NCBI RefSeq assembly: GCF_009914755.1
Contig: NC_060925.1
DNA: 64,000 nt
Direction: 5' to 3' (one strand)
From: the human T2T-CHM13v2.0 reference genome, Homo sapiens
Shown here: one piece after another, positions 27,763-43,319 of the stretch
Layout: the number at the start of each line of letters is the position of its first letter
Numbering within the stretch: position 1 is the first letter of the stretch
Notes under the pieces: model-generated
What the model saw: only the letters and a program-made list of their open reading frames with translations
What the model was told of the DNA's origin: nothing
Databases searched by the model: none
Made by a program: the position numbers and the translations under genes

Positions 27763-30700
27763 CTAAGACCCCATACCCAGGAAGCGAGCTGGCATCAGAA
27801 GCAGAAGACTGAGGTCATTTTTATGGATGGGAGATGTGCTGGTGGGTTTTTAGAAGAGCTCATGTCAGTTGGCATCCATTTCTTCAGTAAGGTGAGAAGG
27901 TAAGGAAAATTAGAAACAAAGGACTTTTAAAAACTCACCAATATACATACCAATTTTTCTGCCTATCTCTCAATTTTCACCATCCTTTCTTTCAAGCTAG
28001 ACTCTCAGCTCCTTCAAATTAAAATTTTCCATTTGGCAATGCAAGTTTATCTTTTCTTAAAGACGGAATGACCAGCCTTTTGATGGAAGATTTTATGACT
28101 CTGGTGTCTTCCAATGACGTGACCAGTGATGAGGTTTGCATCTGTGTAAAACCTACAGATTGGAATTCTGCTTTCTGGTGCAATGTAGTGTTGGAATGTA
28201 ATGTCGTTTTGGGAACCTCAGGATTGAGAGCAAACCCAATTCAATCATTGGAGGAGCAAGAAACTCATTTTACGTTTTAAATGGTTCTATTCACTGGGCT
28301 GAATAGACTCAATATTTAAAACCCTTAAGACCAGTGATTCTCAATGGGTTGTGGAGGGAGAGGGATAGGCAATTTGAAGACTCAGTAGTATATTTAATAT
28401 TTACTATTTATCATGCAATTTATAGAAATGAATGCTTGACAATGTCGTGGGCTGTGGAAAAATGAAAAAAAAAAACACAGGGTTGTCCTCTCCTGCTTCT
28501 GTTATATTTATTTTTGTTATGTTGTTTATCCAAAGGGGGCATTGATTATAACAGTTAGTAAAATACTGGTGTGGCTATTCACCTTTGTTAGCTTATATGT
28601 CTTAAGTGGTACAAACAAAGCCAAGTAAGTGTCTGATGTGAGATCCTTAAAACCGGGAGGCCTGGGTGCTCCTTCTTCCCCTGACTCCAGTATTCCTGCC
28701 CTGGACAGTGAGCCCACCTGAAGCTCTTTCCTGAGGTCCCACAAAGAAGGGTCTGATGGTTTTATCAGGAAAAAAATAATTAATTTTTTAAAATTTTAAA
28801 TGGAAAAAATTAAATTAGTTAAAAATTAAAAATGGCTCTTTTCCTTGTTTCTCTTGTTTTTTGATGACCAATACCTAAAAAAGAGAGAAAAAAAAAAAAG
28901 AATGAAATTGTCAACTCAAGAAATGAGGGTTTTGCAGAAGGGAGAATGTTTTTCTTCCCCAGGCCTGATTGGACTGGAGCACTGCAGGGTAAACTGTGCT
29001 CTGCAGCAGCTTTGTGAAGCAAATCGTTGACCGATTGTGGAGGCTGCAGAGCAGTGATGGCCACGGTGACGCCAGCCTCAGGGCCTCCCCTTGAGGAGGC
29101 TCCCTGGGCCATCCTTTTGGGGCTGAGTGGCCATATTGCACAGGTGCAGGGCTGTGGGGAGCCAACCGAGGACACACAGCATGTGATGAGCACTCCAGCT
29201 CTGCATCCATGGGCTCGATGACTAAGTGAGGCCATCCATGTGCAGGGAAACGTTTTATGCCAGAGAGTAATATTTTTGGAAAGGGAGGAACTCATATGAT
29301 TCTGCTGAGCAGCTTGTTCTTCCTACATTTGGCTCTGTGGGGTAGTGTGTATGTCTGGAAGTGGCAGATACATGTTTCCCACTACCTCGGGGTAAATGTC
29401 CACAAAAAAATAACACTCACTGTTTGGGAAAATTAAAAAATAAGCCTAGGGATGATTAGGTTCCTCTGATCCAAGTCTTTGGAAGTCTTCTCTCCACATT
29501 TGTGCACCCATGTGTGGGTTTGTCCTGGCTGATGGGCTCCAGTCCTAACACACCCAAAAAACAGATGAATATATAGGGCTTGAGTTTTTCACTCATATGA
29601 TCCTGAATTAGGACAAAGTCCAAAGAAGGGGCTAACTGACCTCACACAGTACTTGTTCTCCTTTTTCTTTCTTATATAGCATATTTTTAACCACTCATTT
29701 GGCCCCTAATATCCTGTTTTGCATTTTTAAATGTTCTTTGCTTTTTGACTCTACAAGTATATTTTTCATAAGACAAGAACATGGATCTAGTCCTGTGTTT
29801 CTTTGAAGAATCTGCAACATTTCAAATAGTTGGATAAATAGTAGATATGTCATAGGGATGTGAATATCAGAACCAAAGTGTATTCCTGTGTATTTTGATT
29901 AGATATGAGAAGGGTTGATTTTCTGACTTTTATGTTGCCTAATTGAATCCATTTTTCCCATAAGCAGCACCTTCTTTTTCACTTCTAAGCGTCCTTCTCA
30001 TTTATCTGGCAAGAGTATTTAAACTAGAAGAATCCTAACGTCTGACAAAGCATTGAACATTCTTTCTATATTTGTGTCAAATACTTGATTCTCTTTCTTG
30101 TTAATATCATAAGGGAGAGAGTTGATGCTTCTTAAGCTGTTCAATTACAAAAAAAACAACAAAGAAAACCACACAACTGTGAGGCAATTGGTCATCTCGT
30201 GAACGTGGCATTGTGGTTTGCATGTTTGCTCATTTTTGCTTTTGTACTCCTGGCATTTATCCGGAGAGCTCCTTCCTGCAGAGTGCCTGAATGCTGGTTC
30301 CTTCTTACACATGAGCCACGTCAGAACACACCTGGTGGGACTCCTCTGTGGGGCTCTTCCCATGCCTGTTTCCTGCTCTGGGCAGTTGGTGGTCTGGGGC
30401 ATTGGGACATATAGAAAAGAAGCTGAGGAGGAAAGGCGTTGTTGCTATTACTTCAATATTCTCATTTTTCAAGTGAGGATTTACAAAGGGGACTGTAAGC
30501 TTTCCATCCGAAGAGAGGTCTGAGGTAAGAATTCTTTTCTCCAAATGAGAAAGACTGGAATCCCACCAGGTGTGTGGGAAGCTGCAGTGAGAAAACCAAA
30601 TAATCCTGGTTTGAAGAGTTAAATATTCTTGGTAACATTTGAATAAATTGGAAACATATTCCTCTGAGAATTTTTTTTTTGCACCATAGATAGTTTCTAA

Positions 30701-31167
30701 AAGGCGTGGAAACATTTATAAGAAATACCAATTATGCAGTGTTGGTGTCAGTGTGGACTTAACTGCCGAGACTGACTTATTGCCAGGTGGGCAGGTGAAG
30801 TAATAAAGAAATAATTGGAATTCTTATTGCTGAACTCTAAAGGACTCTCAGGAAACCTAACCTTGCTTTTGACCTACTGATTAGCTTGAATTCAGCGGAC
30901 TCATTATATTCTAATTTCATCTCCATTGAAAGATAAAACAGACTTAGAAGTAATTAATTATAGTTAGATATTAATGATCAAGTGAATTGACTTCAAAAGT
31001 CATTTTCATGTGAACTGATTTCCCTGTGATGGAACTTTGGTAACATTTTACATTTGTATTTTTAATCTCTTAAGTAAGTACTCCTGTAAATTGTTCCAAA
31101 AGAAGTGGTTTTCTGGGATAACGTAGAGAATGAAGGTCAGGTCTGGCTCTTGTGCTATGGTTCTGCT

Positions 31168-31491
<324 letters not shown>

Positions 31492-32102
31492 TAGGCGATG
31501 CCCGAGGGTGTCGGTCTAAATTGGCATCTCTCTTAAAATCTAGTGAGTTTATCCTGAGATGGTAAGTTTCTTCAGCAAATAAATGGAAGCACAAACAAGC
31601 CGGAAGACTTTCTATGTAGGACACTCTGTAGGTCCTTAGAGTATGGCTCTCACCAGGTGTTTTCACTCTACTTTCTGCCTGTCGGAGGGCTGAGTCACAA
31701 TGAAGAATCTTCAGCCAGAGCACACCACCTTCTAATTAAAGTGCTGCTTTCCTCTATATTTTGAGTCCTCTCAAATTTCATAGGCTTCTACAAGCTTGCT
31801 CCATGCAGAGCCCTATGCCAGGGTTTCAGGGTTAGAGATACAGATAGACTCAGTAATCAAGCAGCTCGTATCTTAGAGAAACATCTAAACTGATTATTGT
31901 AATACAAGTGATGTACAATTAAGATTGCTTGCAGCTGCAGTAAACAAAAATCCCAATTTATAATGGCTTAAATTTATAGGAGGGACACGTAAATGTTCTC
32001 ACACTGTAAGGTCTGGCAGTAAGCGGATGGGGTGTTATATCCCCACTTAACACGGCAGGGTCCTGTTGGCACTTCCTGGCTTGCCATTCCTTCTTCCTGT
32101 GC

Positions 32103-32644
32103 TGGGGTCAGGGAGGAAATGGAATTTCTCCTCAACCCTCATAAGTTCATAAGTTGATGAGACAGATCCCTGTAACAAAAGATAGATTAACAAGAGAAAA
32201 ACAAGCAAGTTTATTAACACAAGCAGTGCATGTCCCATGAGAGAAACCTCATGAATGGTAACTCAAAGCAGTGGCTTAGATAGCATCTTCAACAAAGAAC
32301 AACAAATTCAAGGCAAGTGACAGGACAAAGGAAAAGGATTTTGAGTGTCTGCAGGGAGCCGCTTGGGCAGCAGATGAACAAATGGCAGGGCAGATAAAAA
32401 TTAGTGAATAAAATTTGTTGATATCAGTTCCTCTGGTGTCATCTCAAGTTTGATGAGGGTCAAAGCTGTCTTCAGTGGTTAGCTTTTGGTGGAGAGGTGG
32501 GCAGGATACCTTATGTGTTTGTCAATCATCTGTCTCCTGTTTTTAGGCAAACAGAGGGAGGGCAGAGAGCTCCCCTGCGTCTTCTTCATTGTCTTCAGCT
32601 CAGCAATTTTTCCTGCTTTTGGGGAGTCATGTTCTGGTCTCTCA
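32103..32644 (-). mobile_element. MER34-group ERV1 LTR, apparently nested in an old MLT1 LTR (about 31920-32870)
   Basis: aacaaaagatagattaacaagagaaaa...ttttaggcaaacagagggagggcagagagc...ttggggagtcatgttctggtc; the flanks show MLT1-like motifs. Confidence 0.65.
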
Positions 32645-33182
32645 CTCTAGGTTTGACCTCATGCTAGTCACTCTACCTCATGAGATGCCTGCTCAGCTGC
32701 AGATGTGTTGTTTGTGTTAAAGGCAAGAAGAAACAAAGATTCCCCCAAACCAACTTCCCTCCAGGTTTCCACTTCTATCTCATCAGCCAGAGCTCTGTCA
32801 TGTGGTCACTGCAACCTTCCCGGGAGGTGAGAAAAGGAACTGTGTAGCTTTCCTCTGCTCCATGGTAGGGACAGACAGGGGACAAGGGCAGGTGAGCAGA
32901 TACTGGCCCTGAGGGGCTTGAAGACAGGTCAGAAAGATGAAAGGGAGCAGCATGTACAAAATCATGCAAGTGTGAAAGGGCAGGGGGTGTTCTGAGACCA
33001 CGTCCTGGTTCTCTGATGCAGGCGCAGGCAAGCATTGAGGCTGGACAGGTGGGCAGGGCTTGTTTGTGAGGGACACTGAGAGGACCTGCAGGATCTGCCC
33101 TTTAGCCTGTGGCCATGGGAAGTGATGCTGTGGGGGATGGACGGGTAGAACAACCCAAACTAAAACACAGCAGCGGTGATAG

Positions 33183-33545
<363 letters not shown>

Positions 33546-34466
33546 TCTTGGTGCCATTTTAATGTCAGTGATGAGGAAGGAGGAGTCAGGGAAGTAGAGC
33601 TGATCTCTGAGCCACAGCAGGTTTGAGGGGAGCTTGCTAGTTCAGTCATGCATATGTGGGGTTATAGGTGGCTATGGCACATCCACAGTGGTTAGGAGTA
33701 GAGGACTGGATTTGGTGAGAGAAGTGGGGACTTAAAGAGTATAAGTAAGGGACTTTGAGCAGAGAGTGGGGAGGCTGTGGGTACTAGTTGAAATAAAATG
33801 GCCAATGGGCATGTTCGGGGTGAGCAGCTGGTCCACTCACTACACTCTAACTGGAATCCATGTCTATGTATGAGCTCACGGTTTTGCATTTTCTTTCACA
33901 GTAAAACATTTTCTGTGATGAGCTTCTATTGTGAGTGCAGCACTTTCCCTATGGTCAGTTCTCTTTAAACACTGTACCTCCTCCCAGGCAGTGCTTCTCT
34001 TTATCTTATCCTCAGGCTGTGTTTCCTGTTGTTTCCTATTTACAGAAGTTAGAAGAAGAGAGATGGAGACTTGGACCTCATAAATGGGTGTGGGCTGCCC
34101 ACCAGGTCTTAGACCAGGTTGGCAGGAGGAGCCAAAACTGCTTCACTTCTTCTTACTTAGTGCATGAATGTGGTAGGGCTGGATTCACTTATACCACCGC
34201 TGGCAGCATCTCCAGACAGGGCAGCATTTAAATTCACCTAATTCCTGTCCACCCCTCTACCCGACCCCAAACCCAGCCTCCTGGTCATAGTCAACAAATA
34301 ATATTTAGAATATGAAAACAGAAACAAAAACAAAAATGGCATAACAAGACAAAAATTACCCGGGGTCCCACAATTCTCAGACAACTGTTGCAGTTCACAT
34401 TTCTTTGCAATAAAACTGCCACCCATTTCAGGAGGGTTCATGGTGCTTCTTAAACAGACCAGTTAC

Positions 34467-34805
34467 TGTCCTGGTCCATTTGAGGTTGCTGTAAGAGAAT
34501 ACCACTGGGTGATTTATAAAAAACAGAAATTTATTTCTCAAAGTTCTGGAGGCTGGGAAGTCCAAGATCGAGGTACCAACTTCTGATGAAGGCCTTCTTC
34601 CTGCATTCTCACATGGCAGAAGAGCAGAAGAGCGCTAGAATAAACCCACTCCCACAAGCCCTTTTTATAGCAGCTTTAACCTATTAATGAGGAAAGAGCC
34701 CTCATGGCTTACACACCACCCAGAAGGCCCCAACTCCCAACACTGTTGGACTGGGGATTCAGTTTCCAGGACATGAATTGTGGGGGACACGGTCAGACCA
34801 TAGTA
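34467..34805 (-). mobile_element. MaLR LTR (MLT1A/MST-like)
   Basis: agaaatttatttctcaaagttctggaggctgggaagtccaagatc...catgaattgtgggggacac. Confidence 0.85.
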
Positions 34806-35376
34806 CCTACTAATTCATATATTCAACAAATATTCGTTAAGCACATACTTCTGACTAAGCAGCTCTTAGCACTTAGGCATACAATGATAAACAAGACAAA
34901 CAAGTTCCCTGTCCCCATTTTAGTTGGGAAGGCAATCAGTACATAATTCAATTAGATAGTAGTGGGGGCTACAACAAATTGAAACAGGATACTGAGCTTG
35001 AGCATGACTGGGGAGGGAGTGAGGCTATTATAGGAAGGGTGACCAGAAAGCCTTCTCTTGGGACAGTGATATTAGTCTGAGGTCTGAGTGAAGAGAAGGT
35101 GCCAGTCATGTAAGACTGAGTGCAGAAGGCATCAAACCAGGGGAACAGTGAGTGCAAAGGCCCTGAGCTAGGATCTCAAGCTTTTTGAAGAGTAGACAGA
35201 AGGCCCTTCTGTCCAGAGGGATGTGGTAAGAGGAACAGTGGTAAGATATTTGGTCAAAGAGGTTGTCGGGGGCCAGATCTTGTAGAGTTCTGTAACCCAT
35301 TTCAAGAAATTTAAGATTACATTCTATTTCCAGTATTTGCAATGGGAAATCATTGGGGGATTTTAATTTCAAAAGT

Positions 35377-35709
<333 letters not shown>

Positions 35710-35718
35710 CTATAGTGT

Positions 35719-36177
35719 TGTAATGGGTTTAATGGTGACTCTAAAAAGATGGGTGCATACCCTAACCTCTGGAAACTGTGAATGTGGCCTTCTTTGGAAA
35801 AAACGTCCTTGTGGAAATAATTAAGTTAAGGATCTCCAGATAGGGTCACCCTGGATTATCCAGATGGGCCCTAAATCCAATGGGAAGTATTCTTATAAAA
35901 GACAGAAAAGGGGAAGAGACAGAGGGGGAAGGCATGTGGAGACAGAGGCAGAGATTGGAGTTATGCAGTCACAAGCTAAGGAAGCCTGGAGCCACTAGAA
36001 ACTGGAAGAGGCAAGAAAGCCTTTTCCCCTACAGCCTTCGGAGGGACTGCTTCGAGGCACTGCTAATACCTTGATTTCAGATTTTTGCCCTGCAGAAATT
36101 TTGAGACAATACATTTCTGTTGCTTTAAGCCACTAAGTTTATGGTAATTTGTACAGCAGCCACAGGAAACGAATACC
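35719..36177 (+). mobile_element. MLT1C-like MaLR LTR
   Basis: aattaagttaaggatct...ctggattatccagatgggccctaaatccaatg...gcagccacaggaaacgaatac. Confidence 0.85.
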
Positions 36178-39007
36178 AGTGTCTCATAGGCTTGGCGTAC
36201 ATTAGGGGGTGGAGGATTGGAATCATGGGGGAAATAACAGAAGCTGATAAATTAATCCAAGAGAAAAATCACGTGGCTTGCATCAACAGCAGTGGGAATA
36301 GCGAGAAGTGCTCTATTTAGAACATTCTGAAAGTAGAACCAACAGGATGTGCTGATAGATTAGATGTTGGAGACAAGGGAAAGAAAAAAAAGCTTCTTGG
36401 TATTTGGTCTGAAGAACTAAACAGATTGCCTAATACTGTTACCTGAAATGAGGAAGACTAGGGGAGGGACAATTTGGGCTGAGGTTTTCAGGGTGAGAGG
36501 TGAGAGGTGATGGTGGGGATGGAGGTTGCCTAGGGTGTAACATGGTGAAGACTTCTTTCATGGACGTATTGATTTTGAGATGCCTACGTCACATTCAAGG
36601 TGGAAGTTTGAATAGGATGTCAGGTATGAATTTGGAGCTCAGAAAAGAGATGAAGGTCAGTAAGTTAGGAGTCATTTGTGTGTCGATCCATGAGTCTCAA
36701 CCTTAGCTCTATAATGGAGTCTCTTGAAGAGCTTTCCAAAAAAGATACCCATACTTGTGCTCCATCCTGGGCTGATTAAGATGAAATCTCTAAAGTATTT
36801 AAGAACTCTCCAGGTGAGGCTAGGGGCAGCCAGGGTGGAAAAACCACAAATGTAAGCACCGTATTTAAAGGCCTGGATCTAGACGGAATCACGCAGGGAG
36901 AGCTGCCTAGAGGATAAGATGCTGCTAATATGTCACAGGTAGACCAGACTGATCCTCCTCAGCTCTCAAGGTGGCCGCAGTTTTGGTGTTGGCACCATTA
37001 TTATTATTATTATTATTATTATTTTGGTAGGCCATGAGGTGAAAGAGATAGGAAAAGCCGAGTGCAGGGAGTGAGAGCAGATGGAAGGTCTGAAGGCCGA
37101 GTCCTGGAGGGTTCTAATGTGGTGGGGTCACCAAGAAGAAAGAACCAACACGGGAAACAGACAGAAATTCTTGAACTGGGAGGTAGCAGTGAGAATGTGG
37201 CATGTGTGAAGCCAGAGGAAGAAAGTGTTTCAGGCAGAACAGGGGACTCAGTTTAGTCAAGTGGTCCTTAGAAGTTGAGAAAGATGAGGATAGAATTAAT
37301 TCAGGGATTTGTGAAGATAGAAGCCACTGGTGGCCTTGAGACGACAGACCTGTTTGAGAAGAGCGGCTTGGATGGAAGCTCACATTGAACCAGCTGAGGG
37401 GAAGCGAGTGCATTTTGAGCCTATAGATCTTCCCACCAAACTCGAAGCAGTGAGTGACGCCTCTTATTGGCACATTGCTTCTGCTATTTCCCCTTAAAAT
37501 CTGGCATTTCTGAGAGTTAGAAAATTTTATTCAAAGTGACTTTATTGAAGCAGATGTTTAATCTTCTGGAATGTAGTACATGGATCCACTTATTAATGTG
37601 TCAGTTTTATAAACGGCATGTCATCTGTGCTTCTGTTTCTTTCCTCTAAATCGTTTTCTTTTGACTTTGTTCCAGATGAAATCCTCTTGGTATTTTCCTG
37701 GGTATGTGTGATGGTTTAGCGTTGCTAGCCATTCATCTTGAGGGAGGCTGTTCTGGTTTAATGAATCACAGCTGCTTCAGACGTGAATGTCAGTGGTGCT
37801 GTCAAACCTCATTGCCTAGTATGTAGTTGGGGCTCAGGAAACATGAGTTGAAGAAACTTAGGGTGAAAGTAACCCTGTGGTGGACACTGCAGCTGCCTTG
37901 GGGAGGGTGAGGTGAATGTTTTGAGGTCTCTTCAGAGGAGGGCACAGGAGCCATGGCTGTGGATTGGAGAGTTTCTGCCCTTTACCAACTCCTGTCCTTG
38001 TTACCTGCTCATCGTCTGTTCAGTCCTCGGTGCTCTCCTTAGGGCCTCACGATGCTCAACAGGGAGGGAGGGCTGCCTTGTCATTTAAGTTTTGGCTATG
38101 AATTCTCTGCTCCACTCTGGCTGTCTGCTCTGGAAGGATCCTGGTGCATCCATGGTAGTTAACAGGATGTTGGAAGTCGGATTCAGCATGTGTGGGTGAG
38201 CTCCTGTAGCTTTAGTGAAATTGCGTTTTCTGGAGCACTGCACACCAGGAACAGGTTGGTAAGACCAGGAGGTGCTCCCTGGTCTGCACCCCTCCAGCCT
38301 GGCAGATGAGCCTGGGCTCTTCCAAGAATTCTGTTCCATGTTGCACAAGAGCTGACAGCTGATTTACTTTAAATCTCTGCAAACTGTACTGAGGAAAAAA
38401 CCCCAAGTATATTCTCCTCCATCCATTTGGCCCCTGTGCTTTTGAATTGCTTATAGCCTGGGAGTTTGTGCTCTCAAAGAACATTCCAAAAATTTAATTC
38501 TTCCATCTGAAGATATTATGGAATCATCACAGATTTGGAGGGTTTCAAATTAAGAAATCACATTTGACTATACTTTAATGTTTTGTAAGTGCCATACCTC
38601 TGTATTCTAATTCATTTCCTGTTTATGTGGTAAGATATACTTGTAGTACTGTCTCTATAAAAGCAGAATTTTAAGGCATAAAGAAAATCTAGAACTTCCT
38701 ACTGAGGTTGTCCAAATGAAAAACTGTGTTCCTATGTCCATATTTCCAAGCCGCAACTTTTTAACTTTTTATTATGGTTATTTTCGAACATATACAAAAT
38801 AAGAGAGAATTAGATAACAAATACACAGTGCATACACAAGCCAGCTGTCAACTGTCTGAATCCTGCCATCCTTGTTTCATCCATCCCACATACCTCACCC
38901 ACTTTCTTTTTATTTTTTTCTGGCATGTCAGTACATTTTTTTTTTAACCATGAGATGCTGTAGTAACATGGTCCCAAACTCTCCGTGGGTTATAATAACA
39001 AAGGTCT

Positions 39008-39331
39008 CTTTCTTTCTTGCTTGCTTGCTTTTTTTTTTTCTTCCCTTGAGACAGAGTCTCACTCTGTCACCCAGGCTGGAGTGCAGTGGTGTGATCTTGG
39101 TTCACTGGGCAACCTCCACCTCCTAGGTTCAAGCCATTCTCCTGCCTCAGCCTCTTGAGTAGCTGGGATTACAGACGCGCACCACCACACCCGGCTGATT
39201 TTTGTATTTTTAGTAGAGATGGGGTTTCACCATGTTGGCCAGGCTGGTCTCAAACTCCTAACCTCAGGTGATCCACCTGCCTTGGCCCCCCAAAGTGCTG
39301 GGATTATAGGCGTGAACCACCATGCCTGGCC
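39008..39331 (-). mobile_element. Alu (AluS), antisense
   Basis: Alu consensus match; TSD AACAAAGGTCT. Confidence 0.95.
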
Positions 39332-39844
39332 AACAAAGGTCTATTTCTTGCTCAAGTCACATGTCCTTTGTGGGTACAGGGGCCCTTGCTCCATACCTTC
39401 TTTATTCTGGGACCAAGCTGGAGAGATGAGTCTCTATCTGTGGAAGACCTTGGAAGACCCCACTCAGGGTTGTTCTGAAAGGGATCTCACATGGATTGAG
39501 CCATAACCTAGAGCCAAGAGAAGCCAGATTTGCTAGGAGAAAGTCCTGTCAGCATAGTCAAACACTTAGGAGGAGTAAAAAGGTGTATTTTTCTGCATAG
39601 ATGGTGTGATCACATTTTTATCAATTAATCTGCACCCTAGGGACAAAGAGTTAACATTTGAATTTTTCTCAGTAAGAATCTACTCCTCAGGGAAAGTTAG
39701 CGTTTGAAAAACTCTAACTAGAAATCCACTTTCCAGAGGCTGTCTCAGCAAGTGCTTAAGTATCTAGACTAGAAATTCCCTTCATAAGCATGAGGAGTGC
39801 TGGAAGTGATTTTTCATTGGTGAAATGGGTGGTTTTCAAGTTAT

Positions 39845-39956
39845 GTAGATGGACTGGAGATATTTTTCCTCTACTCTTGCATGAAGAAATATGTCTTAAT
39901 GTAGATAGACTGGAGATATTTTTCCTCTACTCTTGCATGAAGAAATATGTCTTAAT
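39845..39956. repeat. 56-bp tandem duplication (1 mismatch)
   Basis: gtagat(g/a)gactggagatatttttcctctactcttgcatgaagaaatatgtcttaat occurs twice. Confidence 0.97.
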
Positions 39957-40305
39957 CCCTTTGGATTGCTATAACAAATTACCTTAGACTGAGTAATTTA
40001 TAAAGAATACATTTGTTTCTTCTGGTTCTGGAGGCTGGGAAGTCCAAGATCAAGGTACTAGAAGCTTTGGTGTCTGATAAGGGCTTGCTCTCTGCTGGTG
40101 CCTTGTTGCATCCTCATGTGGTGGAAGGGGCAAATAGGCTCCCTCTGCCCTCTGATATAAGGGCACTAATCTCATTCATGAGGGCAGAATCCTTATGACC
40201 TAATCACCTCCCAAAGGCCCTACCTTTTAATACTATTGCATTGGGGATTAGGCTTTAACATATGAATCTGGAAGTTGGGGGAACACAAACATTCAGACTG
40301 TAGCA
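39948..40305 (-). mobile_element. MLT1A-like MaLR LTR
   Basis: tgtcttaatcc...gctataacaaattacc...ttctggaggctgggaagtccaagatcaagg...acaaacattcagactgtagca. Confidence 0.88.
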
Positions 40306-41019
40306 GGGAATGAAATCTTTGGGCACCCAGCAAATGGATATCTTTAAGAACAGGATTCTAGGTCTAGAACACCATCCTCTTCTGTGTTCTGCCACTAAAT
40401 GATGGGTCCTGAGGGTTTTATCTCCTGATTTGGTTAGAAGATTGTTGAATCTGGCTGTGAGAGCCTTTCAAGTGCCTAAAGGAGAGAGCTTGAACTTCCC
40501 TGAGAGTACACCAGGTGATGTGACACTTTCTTGTCCTTGTAATATGCCACCTAGAAGAGAACTTTTAGGAGAGGAGACCTACAGTTCTCACCAACCTTTA
40601 ATCATTAGAATTTACCAGCATCTACTGATAAGAATGTGATCTTGGTGAGCAGCTATCATAGTGGGTCAGTTTGCAATGAGGGGAGTAAGAATTTGAGAGA
40701 GCGCATTTGGATTTTTCTGTTGGGGAGTCATTGTAGTCATTCTAAACTACAGAGTGGCCACACAGTTCCTCTATATCAGATTCGTTCCCAAGCACTGTTG
40801 TTAAGTCTTTAATTACTGTCAGGGACCACTTTAATAACATCTGTTAGTGTGGGAGAAGGTCTCTTAAAGGACTTGGGGAATATTAAAACGTGTGCAGAGA
40901 ACAGAGGGGAGCATATAGTTCATTTGTAACTAGTATAGCTAGGAAGAGTGTGGCCAATATGAAAGGGTGTGCCTATTGTGGAGATAATTCAATTAGTTTT
41001 TTCTTTCCACAGCAATAGA

Positions 41020-41240
41020 AGAGTTTAACTTCATGGTACTTCCTATGTGCAGCGTCTGTACTAAATGTTTTACATGGATTGTTTCATTTAACCCTCATAA
41101 CACCTGCATGAGATAGGAAATAGTCTTCACATTTGACAGATGAGGAAACTAAGGCATCAAATTTTTCAGGGAGACATAGCTAATAAGAAGCAGAACCAGG
41201 ATTCAAATTTAGCAAATGTGATTCCTCAGCCCGTTCCCCT
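41020..41240 (-). mobile_element. MIR
   Basis: catttaaccctcataa...catttgacagatgaggaaactaaggc. Confidence 0.8.
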
Positions 41241-42829
41241 AAATAAAGTCTTTCGAACAATAGAAAAAAAAAAAAAAACTGTTGACTTCATTTCAAGAGT
41301 GTCTTCCTCCAAAAGATACAGAGATTCCCACCAGGGCAAAATGGACGCCACGTTTCCCTCCCGGGGGCACCAGAAGCCTTAGCAGGTGGCTGCTCTGAGT
41401 TCCTGTGGATGGAGGCTCAGAGGTTGGGTTTGATTCTACAGAGCATCCAGGGTTCCCGCATCCCTTTACATAATACGAGAATTTAGGACTACTTTGCTTT
41501 CTAGTCTCAGTTAAGCTTTGGGACCAAGCAAGAGCTATATTCATTACTTGCAGGTTTGGAGTGTGGAAATTCAGCATCAAGTAAACGGTGCGTCTTCTTG
41601 TCATCCAGCGTTTGCCCCCATTACCTCTGCAATCTGTCTTCCATTGGGTAAAGTGTGCCCAACTGTTCTTGAAGGAAAAGAAATCTAAATCCTGAGTTGC
41701 CTGCACAGCATCTATGCCCCAGGGAAAAATGCCTACAGCACGAATTTAAAAACCTCATTCTAAAAGTGCATTACTGAAAAGGCTTTACAGTATAATAACT
41801 TTTAAACCTAAGGGTAGTGATGGCTGCAGGATAATTATGTCAAACCTGAAAGCAAACCCAGAGGAGGTGGCATGTGGAAGAAATACCACTTTGGTTAATA
41901 GATTTGCAACCTCGTTTAAAATATTGAGGCTTTAGGAAAAACTAGATTTATCCTCTCTGTTAGCTTCTTTATCTTATCTTCACTCTGTTGTCCTGTTGTT
42001 AAAATTTCTAAGAAATGGTAAAGAAAGTGAGAGGGGAAAATATCAAAAAGAAAGAAAAAGGGGCATACTAGAACATAGTATATGATTCTCCCTTTGCTAT
42101 TCTGTTTTATGCAATAATCAGGGTCAGGTTTCTAACTCTCTCTTCGAATGTCCCAGATAGAAAGGTGGGTCTGTGTTTGATAGACAGGCAGATGGGAGCA
42201 GGACGTGTGCAGTGTGCTGACTCCTACACAGAAGTGGAGGTAGGTGCTGTCAAATGCATGGCAGCAGGAGCTGGTGTGAGAACGCCAGGACACGTTGATG
42301 GCATTGCCTCATCTCTGGCAGGCTGCTGTCTCCTACAAGACGTTTATGTGGATTACATTCACATGAGGTTGTATAAACCCTCTTATTCCTATTCTCATGG
42401 AATTGGGAACAGGAAGACAAGGGATGACCTGGACATTTCATTTAGATTAGACCAAAGGTGAACAAAGGTGATGAGGCAACAAAGGTAGCCTTTACCTGAG
42501 AGTAACCCCAAGGCAGAGGCCACCATGAGTTAAAAGCAAACAGGGCCAAGCAACAATCAGGCTCAGATCCAGGAAGGACTGGACAAGTGTTCTGAAGCTG
42601 TAGCCTAATTCTTACTGAAGGCCATGGGATCATGGGGGCTGAGACCTGTTTTTCCTGGGAGCTCCTGCTTGGGTGGGTTAGATCTTTGGTTGTTGTCTTA
42701 GGTCCATTCTATCTCAGAGTAAATTCTGGAAACATCCAGGGATTTCTTTCTCCAGCTTTTGTTTTCTACATTGGCCATCACCCCTCTTTGATTTTTCCTT
42801 GTTCTTCCTTACCGCTACCCCTGAGGCCA

Positions 42830-43010
42830 GACATAATAGATTGATAAACCCATGGTTCAAATCCTGCCCCCATCATGCATCTGCTTTCAGATCTTTGGAA
42901 AACTATTTAACCCCCTAGTCTCTTTATCTGTAAAATAGGGATATGCATACTTATCTGAAAGAGCTGCTGTGAAGATTAAAGGAGGTTATGCCTTTAAAGC
43001 ATAACATACC
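42830..43010 (+). mobile_element. MIR
   Basis: ggttcaaatcctgcc...atctgtaaaataggg...gtgaagattaaa. Confidence 0.75.
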
Positions 43011-43319
43011 GAATGCTTTCCTTTCATTTTTTCATTGGAATGCTCTTCACAGGTCTGGAGTGAGGGGGAACAAGAGTTAACAAGTAACAAACATGGGGGT
43101 GATTTAAAGGTTTCAGGAGCTCATGCTGTTCATGCCATAACTATCCATAGACCACATTCCCTGACTTTTTCCTAAATGCTTTCAAGCACGTCTCCCCTGT
43201 AACTATCCAGTACACTGGATGCTTCCTGGTTTGGTTACTAGAACAAGCTCCTCAGGGTTGGGTTGGGACTGTTTCTAGGCCATGCTGGTGGACATGCCTT
43301 TGCAGAGCTTGGCTCTGGT

